Shown: positions 29,480 through 43,543, counted from the stretch's first letter. The stretch: DNA of 64,000 nucleotides from the human T2T-CHM13v2.0 reference genome, Homo sapiens (GCF_009914755.1 NC_060931.1), one strand, 5' to 3'. Translations and numbers: made by a program. The notes: a model not told the origin generated them from the sequence alone.

Positions 29480-29705
29480 ACACTTTTAAAATGTTTAGTT
29501 ACTATGCACTGAGCACCGTCCTAAGTACTATACATACTAACTCCCTTATTCCTCATAACAATACTGTGGGAAAAGTACCATTGATAGCTTCATTTTACTA
29601 TGATGAAACAGCACAGGGAGGTTAAGTAACTTGTCCAAGGTCACACAGCTAGTGAGTGCTGTGACTTGAACCCAGGCAGTCTGATTCTGACACACTAACC
29701 ACTGC
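29480..29705. mobile_element. MIR
   Basis: cattttac...gaggttaagtaacttgtccaaggtcacacagctagt...tgaacccaggcagtctgattc. Confidence 0.85.
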
Positions 29706-30953
29706 AAATCGCCTCTAAAGAATGCATGTTGGTGTTGTTAGAGGGATGGGGGGATAATTATTCTTCATCCAGTGTCAGAATACCTCATTTAATCCTTATA
29801 TTAGCCTGCAAAGTAGGTATAATTATCTTCATTTTTAAAGAGAAGAAAGTTGAGATTCATAGAAGTTAAAGGAGCTTGGGATCAAGTCTGGCCATGCTTG
29901 ATGCCAAGGTCGCTGCTTAAATAAACTGTCTTTAGTAAGCGCTGACACTTGGTCCAGGACATGATTGGAATTTAATTCATATAAGGTCCTCAATTCCCAG
30001 GAAGTCCCCTTCTTTCCATTGTGTAGTGCACTCTCAGAGAAATATTCTTTCTCATATCTCTCGACATGGCTTTCTTAACATTCAATTTATGTGACCAAGT
30101 TTATTTTTCAATCTTCCCCTTTATTGTGCTTCCTTAATTTTTACCACTTTGCTTTGCTATTACATTTGAATAACTTTTATACTGTTAGCCATGAAGCAAG
30201 CTCATATTTCTGGCTACAGCCCTGCAGTTGTTCAGTAACAGACACAAAGACTGTTTTTAAATAATGTCCTGAGTGGTGTTGAGCTGGTCAAGAGGGGAGT
30301 AAAAGTTGGTACACTCCAGTCTGCAGTCCTTAGAACTAACATGAATACCTTGTAGAGGCTCAAGTTCATATTTGTTTCATCTCTGACACTTTTTTTGATT
30401 AGGCCAGTTCAACTAGTCATTAAAAACTTTTAAATAACCTTTAGAAAATCAGAAAAATACATAAATCATATATAAAATCCATTGAACCGAGAGTAGCATC
30501 TTCTTAGTGAGCAACTTACTTGAAATCACGCAATAAGGTGGAAACCCAGGTTAGATAGCAAAACTTCCTGTTTCCCAATTTGTGTGCTAACCCTTACACC
30601 TCGTTTCTATTTAGTGAGCCATAATAAGTATCTCCAAGAATATTGGGTCTGCAAAATCCAAAAACCTTCCGAACTAATAGAAAAATAGAGAAGTGCTTTT
30701 CCAGAAAAAATGGTTTACATCAAAAACATCTGCAAAAAATAAAAGGTGATGTCAGGTGAAAATGAATAGGCTTGTGGGAAAGGGAGTTTAAAATGGAATG
30801 AGATTTATTTTTAATTAAAAGAGTTTTGAAATAGTAATTAGTCTACCAAAAGAATTAAACTAAGTATTCTTAGAAGATAAATCCACTTCTTCTTGATAAG
30901 TGGAAATTATTGCCCAGTATTTGAATAATCATAACACGATGGGAATTAAATTC

Positions 30954-31052
30954 ATATATATATATATATATATATTTGCTATGTGTGTGTGTATATATAT
31001 ATATATATATCTGCTATATCTCTCTATATATACATGTATATATATACATATA
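30954..31052. repeat. (TA)n/(TG)n compound microsatellite
   Basis: Direct reading. Confidence 0.85.
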
Positions 31053-31909
31053 TCAGATACATAGCTTTTAAATTATTGGGAGGTGATTCATCCAAGTGAA
31101 ATACAAAGAAGACATTAAATTATATTTTAAGGTTGCAAGAATTCACTCATCTGCCTTCCATTGATATTTTTTGAGATGAAGCATTAAACATTTTGGTATA
31201 TGTGGGAAAGTGAGTCACTATTCTTATTTACCATGTAAAAATCAAACAAAGTTTATAAAATCAAAAAATATGTAAATATAAATATGAAGAGGGTGAACAA
31301 ACTGAAATCAGTTGACTTATTAGACTCTAAAATGGTAATAAAAGGCCACATGAGAGCAAACCCAATAGCAGCTAATAAACTTATAAAATCTATTACTCAT
31401 AAGACATGGTACTGTATGATAAAATTGAGGCTTCTAAGCAAAAAACAAAAATCAAAAAAAAAACACACAAAAATAGACCCTAAAGATCAGTAAGCCTTTT
31501 GCAAATGAAATTGCACTGAGAAAGGTGGGATATTAGGGAGTTGGCTCTGTTACGTACGTCCTGCCAGAACATGTTACTTATTGCCACCCCAGATTGAAAT
31601 ACCATGATGAGATAAACTATGGGACAACACAAAGTCATTATATTGTAAGATTTCTGAAACAGAATCTGATTCCTCAACACTAAAAATCCCTTTTTTTAAA
31701 GTTTCTCCACTTCCTGGGATTTTCCCTGCCCCTGCTTCTCTCTGGAATGCCCTTCCTGTTTCCTGTGGCCTAACCACACATCTTCCACCCTCCTCTCCCT
31801 CACCTCACTTCTTACTTGGCTATAGCAACTCATGCTCCAAGTCTTCTCTCACACATTTTTGCATCTGAGAGATCTTTCCTGATCCCTCATCCTAAATTAT
31901 GTCCTCTAG

Positions 31910-32140
31910 ACCAGCACTATCCGATATAGTGTCCTAGTCCCCAGGTAGCTATTTAAATTCAAATCAAATTAAATTTAAAAATAAGTTCTTCAGTCACATT
32001 AACCACATTTCCAGTATCCAATAGCTAAGGGTGGCTAGTAATGGGATAATCTGTAAGGCTGCACTGTCTGTACTGGACAGTAAGTGCAGACTTACAGATT
32101 ATCCCATTACTGCAGAAAGTCCTATTAGACAGCACTGTTC
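31910..32140 (-). mobile_element. MER3-like hAT-Charlie MITE with internal inverted duplication
   Basis: cagcactatccgata...tagctatttaaatt...ttcttcagtcacatta...gcagaaagtcctattagacagcactg. Confidence 0.75.
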
Positions 32141-32176
32141 TACATTGAAAATGTGAATGAATGCCCAGTCACCAAC

Positions 32177-33560
32177 ACATTCATTCAATCAGTATTTATC
32201 AGACACCTCCTATGTGCCAAACTGCTGGATGCAGTGGACTCAGTGAATAAAGCTAATACAGTGCCCACCCGTTTGGCATCTACAATCTAGTGCTGGGGAC
32301 AGACAGTAAACTCATACAATAAACAAGATTATTTCTGACACTGGTAAATGCTATGAAGAAATAAAACCAGATGATGTGGTAGAGAGTGTCTAGGGCAGGG
32401 AGGCTACTGTAGATTGGAGAGTCAGGGAAAGCTTCTCTGAAAGAGTGTAATTGGAGCTAACACTTCATTAATACGGAAGAGTCCATCATGTTAACGTGGG
32501 GGAAAGAGCAGTTCAGCTGGAGAGATCAGATAATATAAAGGCCCTGAAGCAGGGCTATGCTTGAGACGTCCAAGGCTTAGGAAAGATAGCAAGAAAAGGG
32601 AAGAGTGAGGCTGGGCACAGTGGCTCATGCCTGTAATCCCAGCACTTTGGGAGGCTGAGGCAGGAGGATCACTTGAGGCCAGGAGTCTGAGGCTGGCCTG
32701 AGAAACATAGCGAGACCCTGTTTCTACAAAAGATTTTAAAATTAGCCAGGCATGGGGGTGCATGCTTGTAGTCCCAGCTACTTGGGAGGCTGAAGTAGGA
32801 GGATTGCCTGAGCCCAGGAGTTCAAGGTTGCAGTGAACTATGATTGCATCACTGTATTCCAGCCTGGGCAACAGAGTGAGACCCTGTCTCTAAAAAATCA
32901 CCATCGTCATAAAGTAAGTAAAATGAAAGAAAAGGAAAGAGTGGTATGGGTACGAGATGAGGTCAGAGAAGCAGGCAGAGACTAGATCACATTAATGTGC
33001 TGGGGAGACTTGCGTCAGGAAGTAACATGATCTGAATGAATAATTAAAGGAAAGAGTTGAAGAATGCCAAAATAAGTTGAAGAAACATTTTCTAATACTT
33101 TTTCTCCAGGGTTTAAATAATATCCAACACAATATTTTAATGTTATTGTCTACAGCACAGTATTACAGTAAAGCAAGTACATTCACTAGGCACTAGCATG
33201 GACAGTGCTACAGTGAAGATTTTCTTTTCTTTTTTCTTATTCCTGAAAACAATGGTGAAGCATGGAAGGGATTTTAAGCAGAGACATACCATGGTCCTAT
33301 TTGTACGTTTGGAAGATCAAGGGGAGAGTGGATTGGAGAGCCATGAAAAGTAGATGCAGGGAGAGAATTAGGATGTAGAGCAAGTATCTCAGGTGAGAGG
33401 TGATGGTCTTCAAAGGAGATGGAGAGAAGAGAGTAGAACTGAGACGTATTGAGGAGCCAGAACTACAGGATTGAGTAACAGATAGAGTGACTGACTGGGC
33501 ATAGGGATAAAGGGAGAGAGATGTGTTGAAGAGGATGCACAACTTTCAGGCTTTCGCAGC
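32177..33560 (-). mobile_element. L2 remnant (interrupted by AluJ)
   Basis: cattcattcaatcagtatttat...ctatgtgcca...gtcagggaaagcttctctga; later ttttaagcagaga...ggagagaagag. Confidence 0.75.
32609..32926 (+). mobile_element. AluJ
   Basis: J-type diagnostics; TSD aagaaaagg(g/a)aagagtg. Confidence 0.93.
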
Positions 33561-33619
33561 TTGGTAATTGTTGCTGTTAGATAAACTGTTAGATAAACTA
33601 TTAGATAAAAAGTATTTTT

Positions 33620-34150
33620 TATTAAGTAAACTTTTTAATGAAGTATAGTAATAGGCACAAAACCATGAACAAATAATAAGTGTAGTGTGCAATGCAGTGT
33701 CAAAAATGGAACACCTCATGTAAGCAGTGTCCAAAGAATATAAACAGAAGTCTCCATGACCACTTTGATTGAGCAATCATATTCCTCAAGGCATGGAGAA
33801 AGTTTCAAGGAGAAACATAACATGTCTTCAGGATGGTTATTTTTGCCTGTTTCCAAACTTTATGTAAGTGGAATCATACAATATATGTGATTTTATATCT
33901 GGTTTCTTTGGCTCAATATCATGGTTATAAGAATTATTCCAGTTGCTATAGGTAGCAAAAATTTGTTCATTTGTATCTTGTAGAGTATATGGGGGGGAAA
34001 ATCACAATTTTCTTATTTGTTAGTGGAAATTTTGGCTATTTTCAGTTTAGGGGAACTATGAATATGCAGTTAATATATTCTTGCACGTGTCTTTTGGTGA
34101 ACATGTGTGTACATTTCAGTTAAGAGAGGGAGTGTTGGATCATGGTGGAA
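33620..34150 (-). mobile_element. L1ME-type 3' fragment
   Basis: tttgcctgtttccaaactttatgtaagtggaatcatacaatat...gtgtcttttggtgaacatg. Confidence 0.7.
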
Positions 34151-34379
34151 ACTCCTTTTAACACATTGATGAATTAGTGAGAAATAAAGATAAATCCTTA
34201 GAGGTCAAAAATGAAGTGACAGCAGGAATCCAGAGATAAAGAATGGAGTATGTAATCCACCCAGGACTCTGAGACATCTGCCCACTTCAGTAACACTTGA
34301 ATTTCCACTGTGACGGACATGTGGGGTTGGGAACGGAGATAAAGCTTAGGGCCTGCTCAAGGTGGGAAGAATGATAGGA

Positions 34380-34580
34380 TAGTGCTACTCAAAGTGTGGT
34401 TTGCAGATCAGTCTTCAAACTATCTGTTGCCAGTACACGTTGAGATAGGTACAGAAATGGAGAGTGTTCAAAAACTTTCATAGTTATTGTATAAGCAGTA
34501 GTATCCAAGCAGCATTCCATGTCCCTAGTAATTCATATTGACCTTAGTTTTACAAAAGTATCTGTCTGTGATGGATTATG
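34380..34580. mobile_element. hAT-Charlie fragment (Charlie18a-like)
   Basis: agtgctactcaaagtgtgg...gagataggtacagaaatggagagt...ttttacaaaagtatc. Confidence 0.6.
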
Positions 34581-35409
34581 AGTTAGTATGCAAAGTACTG
34601 TCCCGGAAAATCCATACATAAAGCTATTACCCATCCCCAAATAGCTCGGCCCTCAATGAAAGGTGAACTAGAAAAAAATCAGAAATTCTCTCACTAAAAT
34701 TTGAAACCACAATCTGGCTCTCAGGAGGTTGTGACACAAATTCACATTTCTGTTTGATTTGAAAAACCTCAAGCTAATAATTAATTTTAAAGCGGTTCTG
34801 GGTTGAAAGTGTTCCCAGGCACCTGGCAAAACCAAATTCAAATCACCTCTAGCATGGACCCTAAAAACAAAACAAAAACAATTTCTTTAAGTCAGGCTTC
34901 AAAGAACTACAACAGATGAAGATTCACAGAACGTTGTGTTTACAATCAAAAATCACTAATACTGTGAGAAAGCAGAACACAGTGGGTCAGTAGAAACAGG
35001 AAGTAACCACAATCAGACTCACAAAGACTTCAGATGTTGGAATAACTCTGTTATTTAAGATATGTATATTTAATACATTTAGAAAAGTAAAATAATATTC
35101 CAAAAATAGAACTAAAAATAAGAGACCATCAAAAATGACCAGCCATTCTCAAAGTAAGAAATATAATACCTATAATTTAAAACTCCAAGGAGAGAAGTAT
35201 GTGCTTCTGACAGTATAGTGTATTAGATATTCTGGAAGGCCTTCTTCCTGTGAAACAAGTAGATCCAGCATAAAACATAATCTTCTTGTGTTATCAGGCT
35301 TATAGAAAGAAACGGAAATCACTAAAAGACCAGGAAGTTTTATGGCTCAAGGACATCAATTAAAAAAGAAAAGACCAGAAAATTTTTTAAAGGGACCAAC
35401 TATAAGGGA

Positions 35410-35496
35410 AAGCCAGAGTAGTATGTGCAGTGCATAATCCAGAGTAGTGAGTATGTGCAGTGCATAAGCCAGAGTAGTGAGTATGTACAGTGCATA
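35410..35496 (+). repeat. Minisatellite, about 3 copies of a 30-bp unit
   Basis: Unit CCAGAGTAGTGAGTATGTGCAGTGCATAAG; the first copy lacks 4 nt. Confidence 0.9.
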
Positions 35497-35700
35497 CATA
35501 TGAATGTGGGTTCCCAATTACATGGAAATGCAATATATGGCAGCTGTCACTGCAAATCAAAACAAGAAAAAGTTGACTTTCCAATAAATGTGATGAGACA
35601 ATTGGTTTTTCATAGGAAAAATAATCAAATTGGACCTCCACTTCCCATGAGGGCCATAGGCTGAAATACAGGGCCTTTCAGTTTCATGAGTCTCTTCTAA

Positions 35701-36039
<339 letters not shown>

Positions 36040-36049
36040 CATATTTTTT

Positions 36050-37828
36050 TAAATTTGAAAAGTAAGATATTTTCAACACATTTTTAAAAATCACCCTCTT
36101 TTTCTATTCTGATTACTCCTCCATCACATTTTTCTTTGTGTAGACTGTTACTGGAGTCACTGTGAGCATTTTTTTAGATATGGCTAAAGAAAAGTTGATT
36201 TGGAGATTCACTGCATTTGAGTTTAGTTGGATATTTTTATATGGTTTACCGTCACTCTGTGATTGCAAAATTATTGAAAGAATGACTTCTAGGAATATTT
36301 CTACTGGTACTATGCTGACCTACCTCGAGCCATGACATGTAGGTGCAGAATAGGAGTTGCATCTTACAACGCGTCCTATGGACCCTGGCTCCAAAAATAT
36401 GCAGACAGTAGAGAGGTAACAAGGTGTGAAATGTATGAAGCCAAAAGCTAATCTGTGAACACATTCTTCTAATCCTAATTCTTCTAATTTGAATGTTTCA
36501 AAACATAAGATCTCTGCTGTCATAAATGATGAAATAATGCAGTGTTTACAATTATATTTTTAAATGATTGTATAATAAAATATAATGAATCACGTATTTA
36601 GTGTATCTAATGCATTTTGCTTGCTTTGATAATCTGATGGTTCCAGACAAAGCAGCACACAAAATTGTCACCAATGCAGTGAAATGGCTTAAATAAACAA
36701 GTGTTTCAGTGACAAATCTCTCAGTATATTCTTCAGTAGAACTATGTATATAATATTAGTATGGGTAATTTGATGACATGCATTTCATTGCTTTAGGGAT
36801 GACTTAAATTCAGAAAATTTTATGGTTTTTCATAATTGTTGATTATACCAATATTCAAATGTCATGAGGAATAATTAGTCTAAGGAATGACAAATATGTA
36901 AATCTAAATAAATGATATGGGGGAAAGTTTTGAAATGTCAAAAACAACCTCATCTAGAATAATGGGAATCAAAAACTCCTATGGTCAATATCATGAAGAC
37001 AAGGAAATAATTAAAATAGGCAAGAAAATATAGATGATAAAAATGACAGTAGAAAAAATAAAATTATGTGAATTAGTTCCCTTCTAAACAGGAAATAAAG
37101 ATGAAAAGGAAGATGAAAAAAACACAATATATTTGATCAATAGAACATGGGTGAATGTCTAAACAGCTTCAATTTGATGAATTTGTTGACTTGGAGAAAC
37201 ACCATGCTCTTTCATTTTTTCCTGTTCAGATAGATAATAATTTCATTCAACATCCTTTAAGGAGAGAGAGTTTATTTTGAAAGTTCCAAAACTGTGATTG
37301 AGCCCACTAAGATTTATAGAGAATCAAAGAAATCATACAATGGACAAAAGAGCTTCTCAGAAAGATATTTTGAAAAACAACTTTTTAAATGGTCAAACCA
37401 CTATCAAATCCTATCTGGACTGTTGCAAAAGTAGAGGATGCTTTTATTGTTTTGTTTGTAATGTCTTTTAACAAGACATCAGACAAGTTTGCTAATATCA
37501 AATCAGAGTGGAGGAGTTTATTAAGAGCCCCCAAAATTTATGATGACTCCTTAAAGCACAAGAAGTTTATGACATCTGAAGCAGTTTATTGAAGAATATA
37601 CACCTAAAAATGTAGCTAAAGAAATATAAGTGGATTAGGCAGTTAATAAAAGTATTATGCTATTTATCTGGATTTTGTGATATTTTGCTTTGATTTTAAA
37701 ATGTTTTACTTTGTTGTGATTTTTCTATCTCTTAAAAAATCCCTTTTATACATAATGTATTCTTTTTCTTAAAGAGGACCTCTTGATTATATGTAAGTCT
37801 CATGTCCCACAAAGCCTGGATCCACCTC
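36050..37828. mobile_element. Zaphod/MER115-like hAT-Tip100 DNA transposon remnant
   Basis: The right end read on minus (ggatccaggctttgtgggac...tcctctttaagaaaaaagaatac...atcacaaaatccagataaatagcataa) matches the recalled Zaphod terminus. Left boundary uncertain. Confidence 0.6.
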
Positions 37829-38066
37829 TTCTGAGATGTAATATTCAGCCAGTGTGCCCAGGTTTGATCTTACCTGATACTGACAGGCAGCATCAGTTAT
37901 GACTAGTGGGGCATGACTAATGTTCCTAATTGATTGTGACCACACCGTATCAGTGTTTATGTATTCTGAATGTTAAACTTTACTTATACTACAGACAAAA
38001 AGTCAATTGCTAGAATAAAGTTTCAAATGGGAAAAGCAAAGCTTCAAAACTTTTAGAAGAAAATAG

Positions 38067-38245
38067 TGTACCAAATACCTTTCATTTCCCTCTCCTCCCC
38101 AGATCCACTCTCCATCCTTCTCCTCCCTGAACTATGCCCAAGATGCTGATCTATGCAGATGGCTTTACCAGGGTGCCTGTGGCCTCTTTTCTGGGCGAGT
38201 TTGGTGAATAGAAGGACCTGACATTAGATCAAAGGGAGGAAGTGA
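38067..38245. mobile_element. LTR33-like ERVL LTR fragment
   Basis: ccagatccactctccatccttctcc...ctatgccc...gctgatctatg. Confidence 0.6.
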
Positions 38246-38509
38246 TTGCTAGGATTAGAGTGGTTGAGTGAAGCATTGCTCTTAAATTTGCCTCTCTACA
38301 TTCTATCTAGTCTCATCTTCTGGAACTCTCCTTAGATGTAAACTACACTTTCTCACTCACTTTTCTGTATATTTTAACTGCTCTGTTGTATTTTCCATCT
38401 ATTCATTTCTCTGTGCCACATTTGAGAGAATTTCTTCAGATTTGCCTTTCAGTTCATTAATTCTTTCCTTCCAGTGTGTCTAAGCTGCCATTTTAACCTG
38501 TCCATTGGG

Positions 38510-38822
38510 TGTTTATTTATTTATTTATTTATTTATTTATTTTGAGATAGGATCTTGCTCTTTCTCCTGGGCTGGAGTGCAGTGGCACAATCTCAGCTTA
38601 CTGCAACCTTCGTCTCCCAGGCTCAAGCAATCCTACCTCAGCCTCCCCAGTAGCTGGGAATACAGACACAGGACACCAAGCCCAGCTAATTTTTGTATTT
38701 TTTTTAGAGACAGGGTTTCACCGTGTTGCCCAGGCTGGTTTCAAACTCCTGAGCTTAAGTGGTCTCCCTGCCTCGGCCTCCCAAAGTGCTGGAATAACAG
38801 GCATAAGCCACTGTACCTGGCC
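38510..38822 (-). mobile_element. AluJ (antisense) with (TTTA)n tail
   Basis: caggctcaagcaatcc and gagacagggtttcac. Confidence 0.92.
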
Positions 38823-39329
38823 TTATTTTTAATTTTTATTATGTAGTATTTTATATACATTGAAAAAAGGTCTGAGACACAAGAAACTGTAAGCAATATA
38901 ATGGTAATAATAATGAGTAATAATAGTAATGAATAAATGTTATATATATCAGAATAAAAAGTTAAGTTGTGGAATATATTTTATATGTGTTTTCATATAT
39001 GTTTCAGATATATTCTACAAACATATCTGATATATGAAAACGCAGAACAAAACATAGTCCAGAACAAAGAACTTAAATTGAGGATGGTGTAGTCAGAGTT
39101 AGAGGGTTCAGGAGGAACGCTCTGACTAGCTTCAATCTTTAGTATTAAGAGTTAAGTTAAACATCATGTCCACACATAAATGGACATACATAGTGAACCT
39201 GATGTTTAACTTAACTCTTATTACTAAAGATTGAAGCTAGGGTTTTGCACTGCAGAAGAGTGCTCACTGAGGGGCAGAAGTGGCAGATGAAATCATCCTG
39301 TGTTCCACTTGCCAATCCCAGACAGAATA

Positions 39330-41329
39330 ATATAAGAATGGAAAATTATGGGCCAAACTCAATTACTCATGTACAAAGATTTGCAAATCCTAAACAAGCC
39401 TATTGGTAAACTAAATCCAGCAAAACGTAAAAAAGGTAATACAGGATAGCAGTTTTAGGTTCATTTCATGACTAAAAAAAGTAATTTAACATTAGAAAAG
39501 TTATTACTATGATTTGCTATGTTAACAAAGGAAAAAACAATTTTAATCATTTCAACAGATATTGGAATTCAGCACCCTTTTATGATAAACTCATAGAAAA
39601 ATGAAAATTGAAAGAAGATACTTTAATCTGACAAAGGATATTTATAAAAGTTCCACAGAAACATTATTCTTGCTGGCAAAACATTAAAAGCACTCCCTTT
39701 AAGATCATGAATGAGATAAGGATGTCCTCTATCACCAGTTTTATTTAATATTGTGTTATATTTAATATCCTGGTTCTAAACAGTAAAATAAGAACAGAAA
39801 AATAAAATATGTAAAGGTTGAAAAAGAACAAACTAAATTCTTAGTTGGCAGTTAGTTTCTTTCAGTTTATTGAAGATATAGTTACATTGGTTTTCATAGT
39901 TGCTGTTGAGAAGTCAGTCCTCATTTAAACTGTTGCTCATTTGAAGGTAATCTGGATCATTCTTTTTTTCTGGATCTTTAAAGAATTTCTCTTTGACTTT
40001 GAAGTTTTTCAGTGTAACTGATACTTTTTTCTGGTGCATAAAAATACAACTAGCTTTTGTAACTCACACATTACATTCACTCTCATAGCTTGTCTGTATA
40101 TGTCACAAATGATATGATAACCTACATGGACAGGAAAAAATATAAAATGTAATTAAAAGAAGCAACACAAGAACTAAAATATGGCCTTAATAATAAATTT
40201 AAGCAAATACACGAAGTTATATATGAAAAAAATTAATACTTTTCCCAAGTTACATAAACTCTAGAAAGTGGTAAAGCCATAATTCAAACCTAGTCAGAAG
40301 TCCCCCAGCACCTAACCACTACACTATCTTGCCTTGAATGACAGAAGGGGAAACACCAGTGTCTCATATCAGTTGAAAAAATATTGCAAAGCAAATTAAA
40401 ACAAGGTATCATTTCATGCCTACTAGATTGTCAAAAGTTAAAAGTCTGACCATACCAAGTATTGGTGAGGCTATGAATTAACAAAAATTCTTACACATGG
40501 CTGGTGGAATATAAGTTGTTGCAACCATGTAGAAAACAATTTTTCAATAGTAAAGTAGAAGATAGTAATTCTGCTTCTAGCTATACAACATGAAGACATG
40601 CCTGTTGACAGCAAAAGGTGATGCACAAGAATACTCAGCGACATTGCTATTAATAGCAAAAAAAAAAGAGAAATAATAAATATCCATTAATCAGAAAATA
40701 AATGCTCTGGTTATACAATGGAGGAAAAATTCTTGGTTTTTTAGTAGCTGAATTATGGTTTAATGTAAATATTATAAATTTCAGCTATTTCAAGTGTAGA
40801 ATTCAGTGATTTTTAATAAATTTATAACATCGTGCAATATTACCACAATCCAATTTTAGAGCATTTTAATTACCGAAAAAAGTGTTATGTTTATCAAATT
40901 TATTATTTAATAAATTTACAAAGTTGTGCAATATTACATGAGATAATAAACATGAGATCCCTCATGTCCATTTTCAGTTAATCCCATCTTCCCCACCCCC
41001 ATTGCCAAGAAACCACTAATTTACTTTCTGTATCTATGGATTTGCCTTTTCCAGACATTTCCTATAAATGGAATAAAATTTGTGGTCTTTTGTATCTGGC
41101 TTCTTTCATTAGCATAATAGTTTTGAAGTTCATCTGTGTTGAGGCATATATCAATAGGTAATTCCTTTTTATTGCTAAAGTGATATTTCCATGTATAGCT
41201 AGACCATTAACTTTTTGGCTATTACAAATAATACTGCCATGAACATTCATATACAAGTCTTTGTACTAGCATACATTTTTATTTGTCTTGGGTAGATACT
41301 TAAGATTTTTAGTGGAATTGCATAGGAGC

Positions 41330-41330
<1 letters not shown>
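39330..41330. mobile_element. Mosaic of old L1M fragments in both orientations plus MIR
   Basis: ORF2-like A-rich phrases on + (39330-39830, 40380-40720) and L1 3' UTR on - (40740-41330: aaccactaatttactttctgtatctatggatttgcc). Confidence 0.7.
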
Positions 41331-42070
<740 letters not shown>

Positions 42071-42126
42071 TTCTCAAACTGTTAAAACTTGAAATGCTGT
42101 AAAAATGAATGAATGAAATGAATTTT

Positions 42127-42314
42127 TTTTCTTTTTTTAAATTTTATTATTATTATATTTTAAGTTTTAGGGTACATGTGCACAACGTGCAGGTTTGTTA
42201 CATATGTATACAGGAAGGGGAACATCACACACCGGGGACTGTTGTGGGGTGGGGGGAGCGGGGAGGGATAGCATTAGGAGATATACCTAATGCTAAATGA
42301 CGAGTTAATGGGTG
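42127..42314 (-). mobile_element. Short 5'-inverted L1PA (L1PA3/4-like) insertion
   Basis: Antisense L1 3' terminus (42127-42210) fused to sense 3'UTR segment (42208-42314); 13-bp TSD TGAAATGAATTTT. Confidence 0.92.
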
Positions 42315-43059
42315 AAATGAATTTTAACATGAATGAATTTTGCAAACATAATGTTTAACTTAAAAAGCAAGTTGAAAAAGAAAATATACACTCATTATAT
42401 CACATACATAAAGCTTAGATACAAACTAACACTACCTGTTGTTCAGGCTTTTACACATATATAGTGAAGTATGAAGAAATGCATGGGAATAATAAACGCA
42501 AATTCAGGGTGGTAATTACTTCTAGGAGGAAAAGAGAGGGATTTGTCCAGGGAGGGATTTAGGAACTTGAACTTTACTTACAAAAATATATTTATAATAC
42601 AGACCAATAAGTTTGCAAGTGTTATATTATTTTATATTTGTATATTTTATGTTTCCATTATAGTTTCATTTATATTAAATATTTCATAATATATTTTTAA
42701 AGAATGAATTAATCCTTTTAAAAATATGTAATTAAAGAAAAAGTATTGCCTTTATTTAATATCAATTATAATATTCGAATTATTAATGCCCCAAATGACT
42801 AAATATTGTGTTATACTCAAAATTATGAAATTTAAAACTAAAAAGTGAAAATACAATAACTTTATGTTATGTATTGTTCCAAGTTGAGTTGAATTATTCC
42901 CAAGAAAATTTGTGTAATTTTTGAAGCTACCTTCAATAGATTTTTAGAGATATTTAATGCTAATTCTCTTTATATTTTACTTTTCTGTTATTTGAACTCT
43001 GGACTTTTCTTAGATATCTTTTCCAGTTAATTTTTTAATTTCATTACAGTATTATTTAT

Positions 43060-43543
43060 AGGTTAGAGCTGAAAGAACTGTTTGGTTGTAACCAATAAAG
43101 ACTGTAACTCAAATTAAATTAATTTTAAAAATTTATTTATTTATTAAGATAATTGAAAAGTCCAAAGGAATTTTCAGCCATTTGGCATAACTCAGATGAT
43201 GCTGCTAGGACTCCCTCCATCTCTTAGCTCCACTCTTTCCTGTAGAGACATCACTCTCAGGCAGGCTCTGTCAACATGAGAGCCCTTGGCAATTCCAGGT
43301 ATAGTTTATTATTGAAGAACTGGCCGAGAGTCATCTGCTATCCTTGAACCAGACACTAGGACGGAAATGCAGATGGGCCCAGTCTGGAGCATGTCTCCTA
43401 AAGCCTAGAGTGAGTAAGTGTAGAGTCAGGCCCACGGAAACCACATGGACTGTGAGGGAGGAAGCGGTGGGTCACCAAAAGAAAATATACCAGAAGAAAA
43501 GAAAGTGAATGTTGAGCAGAACAAACAACAAATTTCCACTGCA
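43060..43543 (-). mobile_element. MLT1K-like MaLR LTR
   Basis: tttggttgtaacc...ccttgaacca...ccacatggactg...caaacaacaaatttccactgca. Confidence 0.65.

Noticed and set aside
33574-33609. Short tandem duplications (12 bp x3 here; also about 4670-4715 and about 50915-50957)
   Set aside because: Ordinary slippage products with no functional indication.
35410-35496. CRISPR-like appearance of the 30-bp repeats
   Set aside because: Tandem units without unique spacers, in a mammalian genome.
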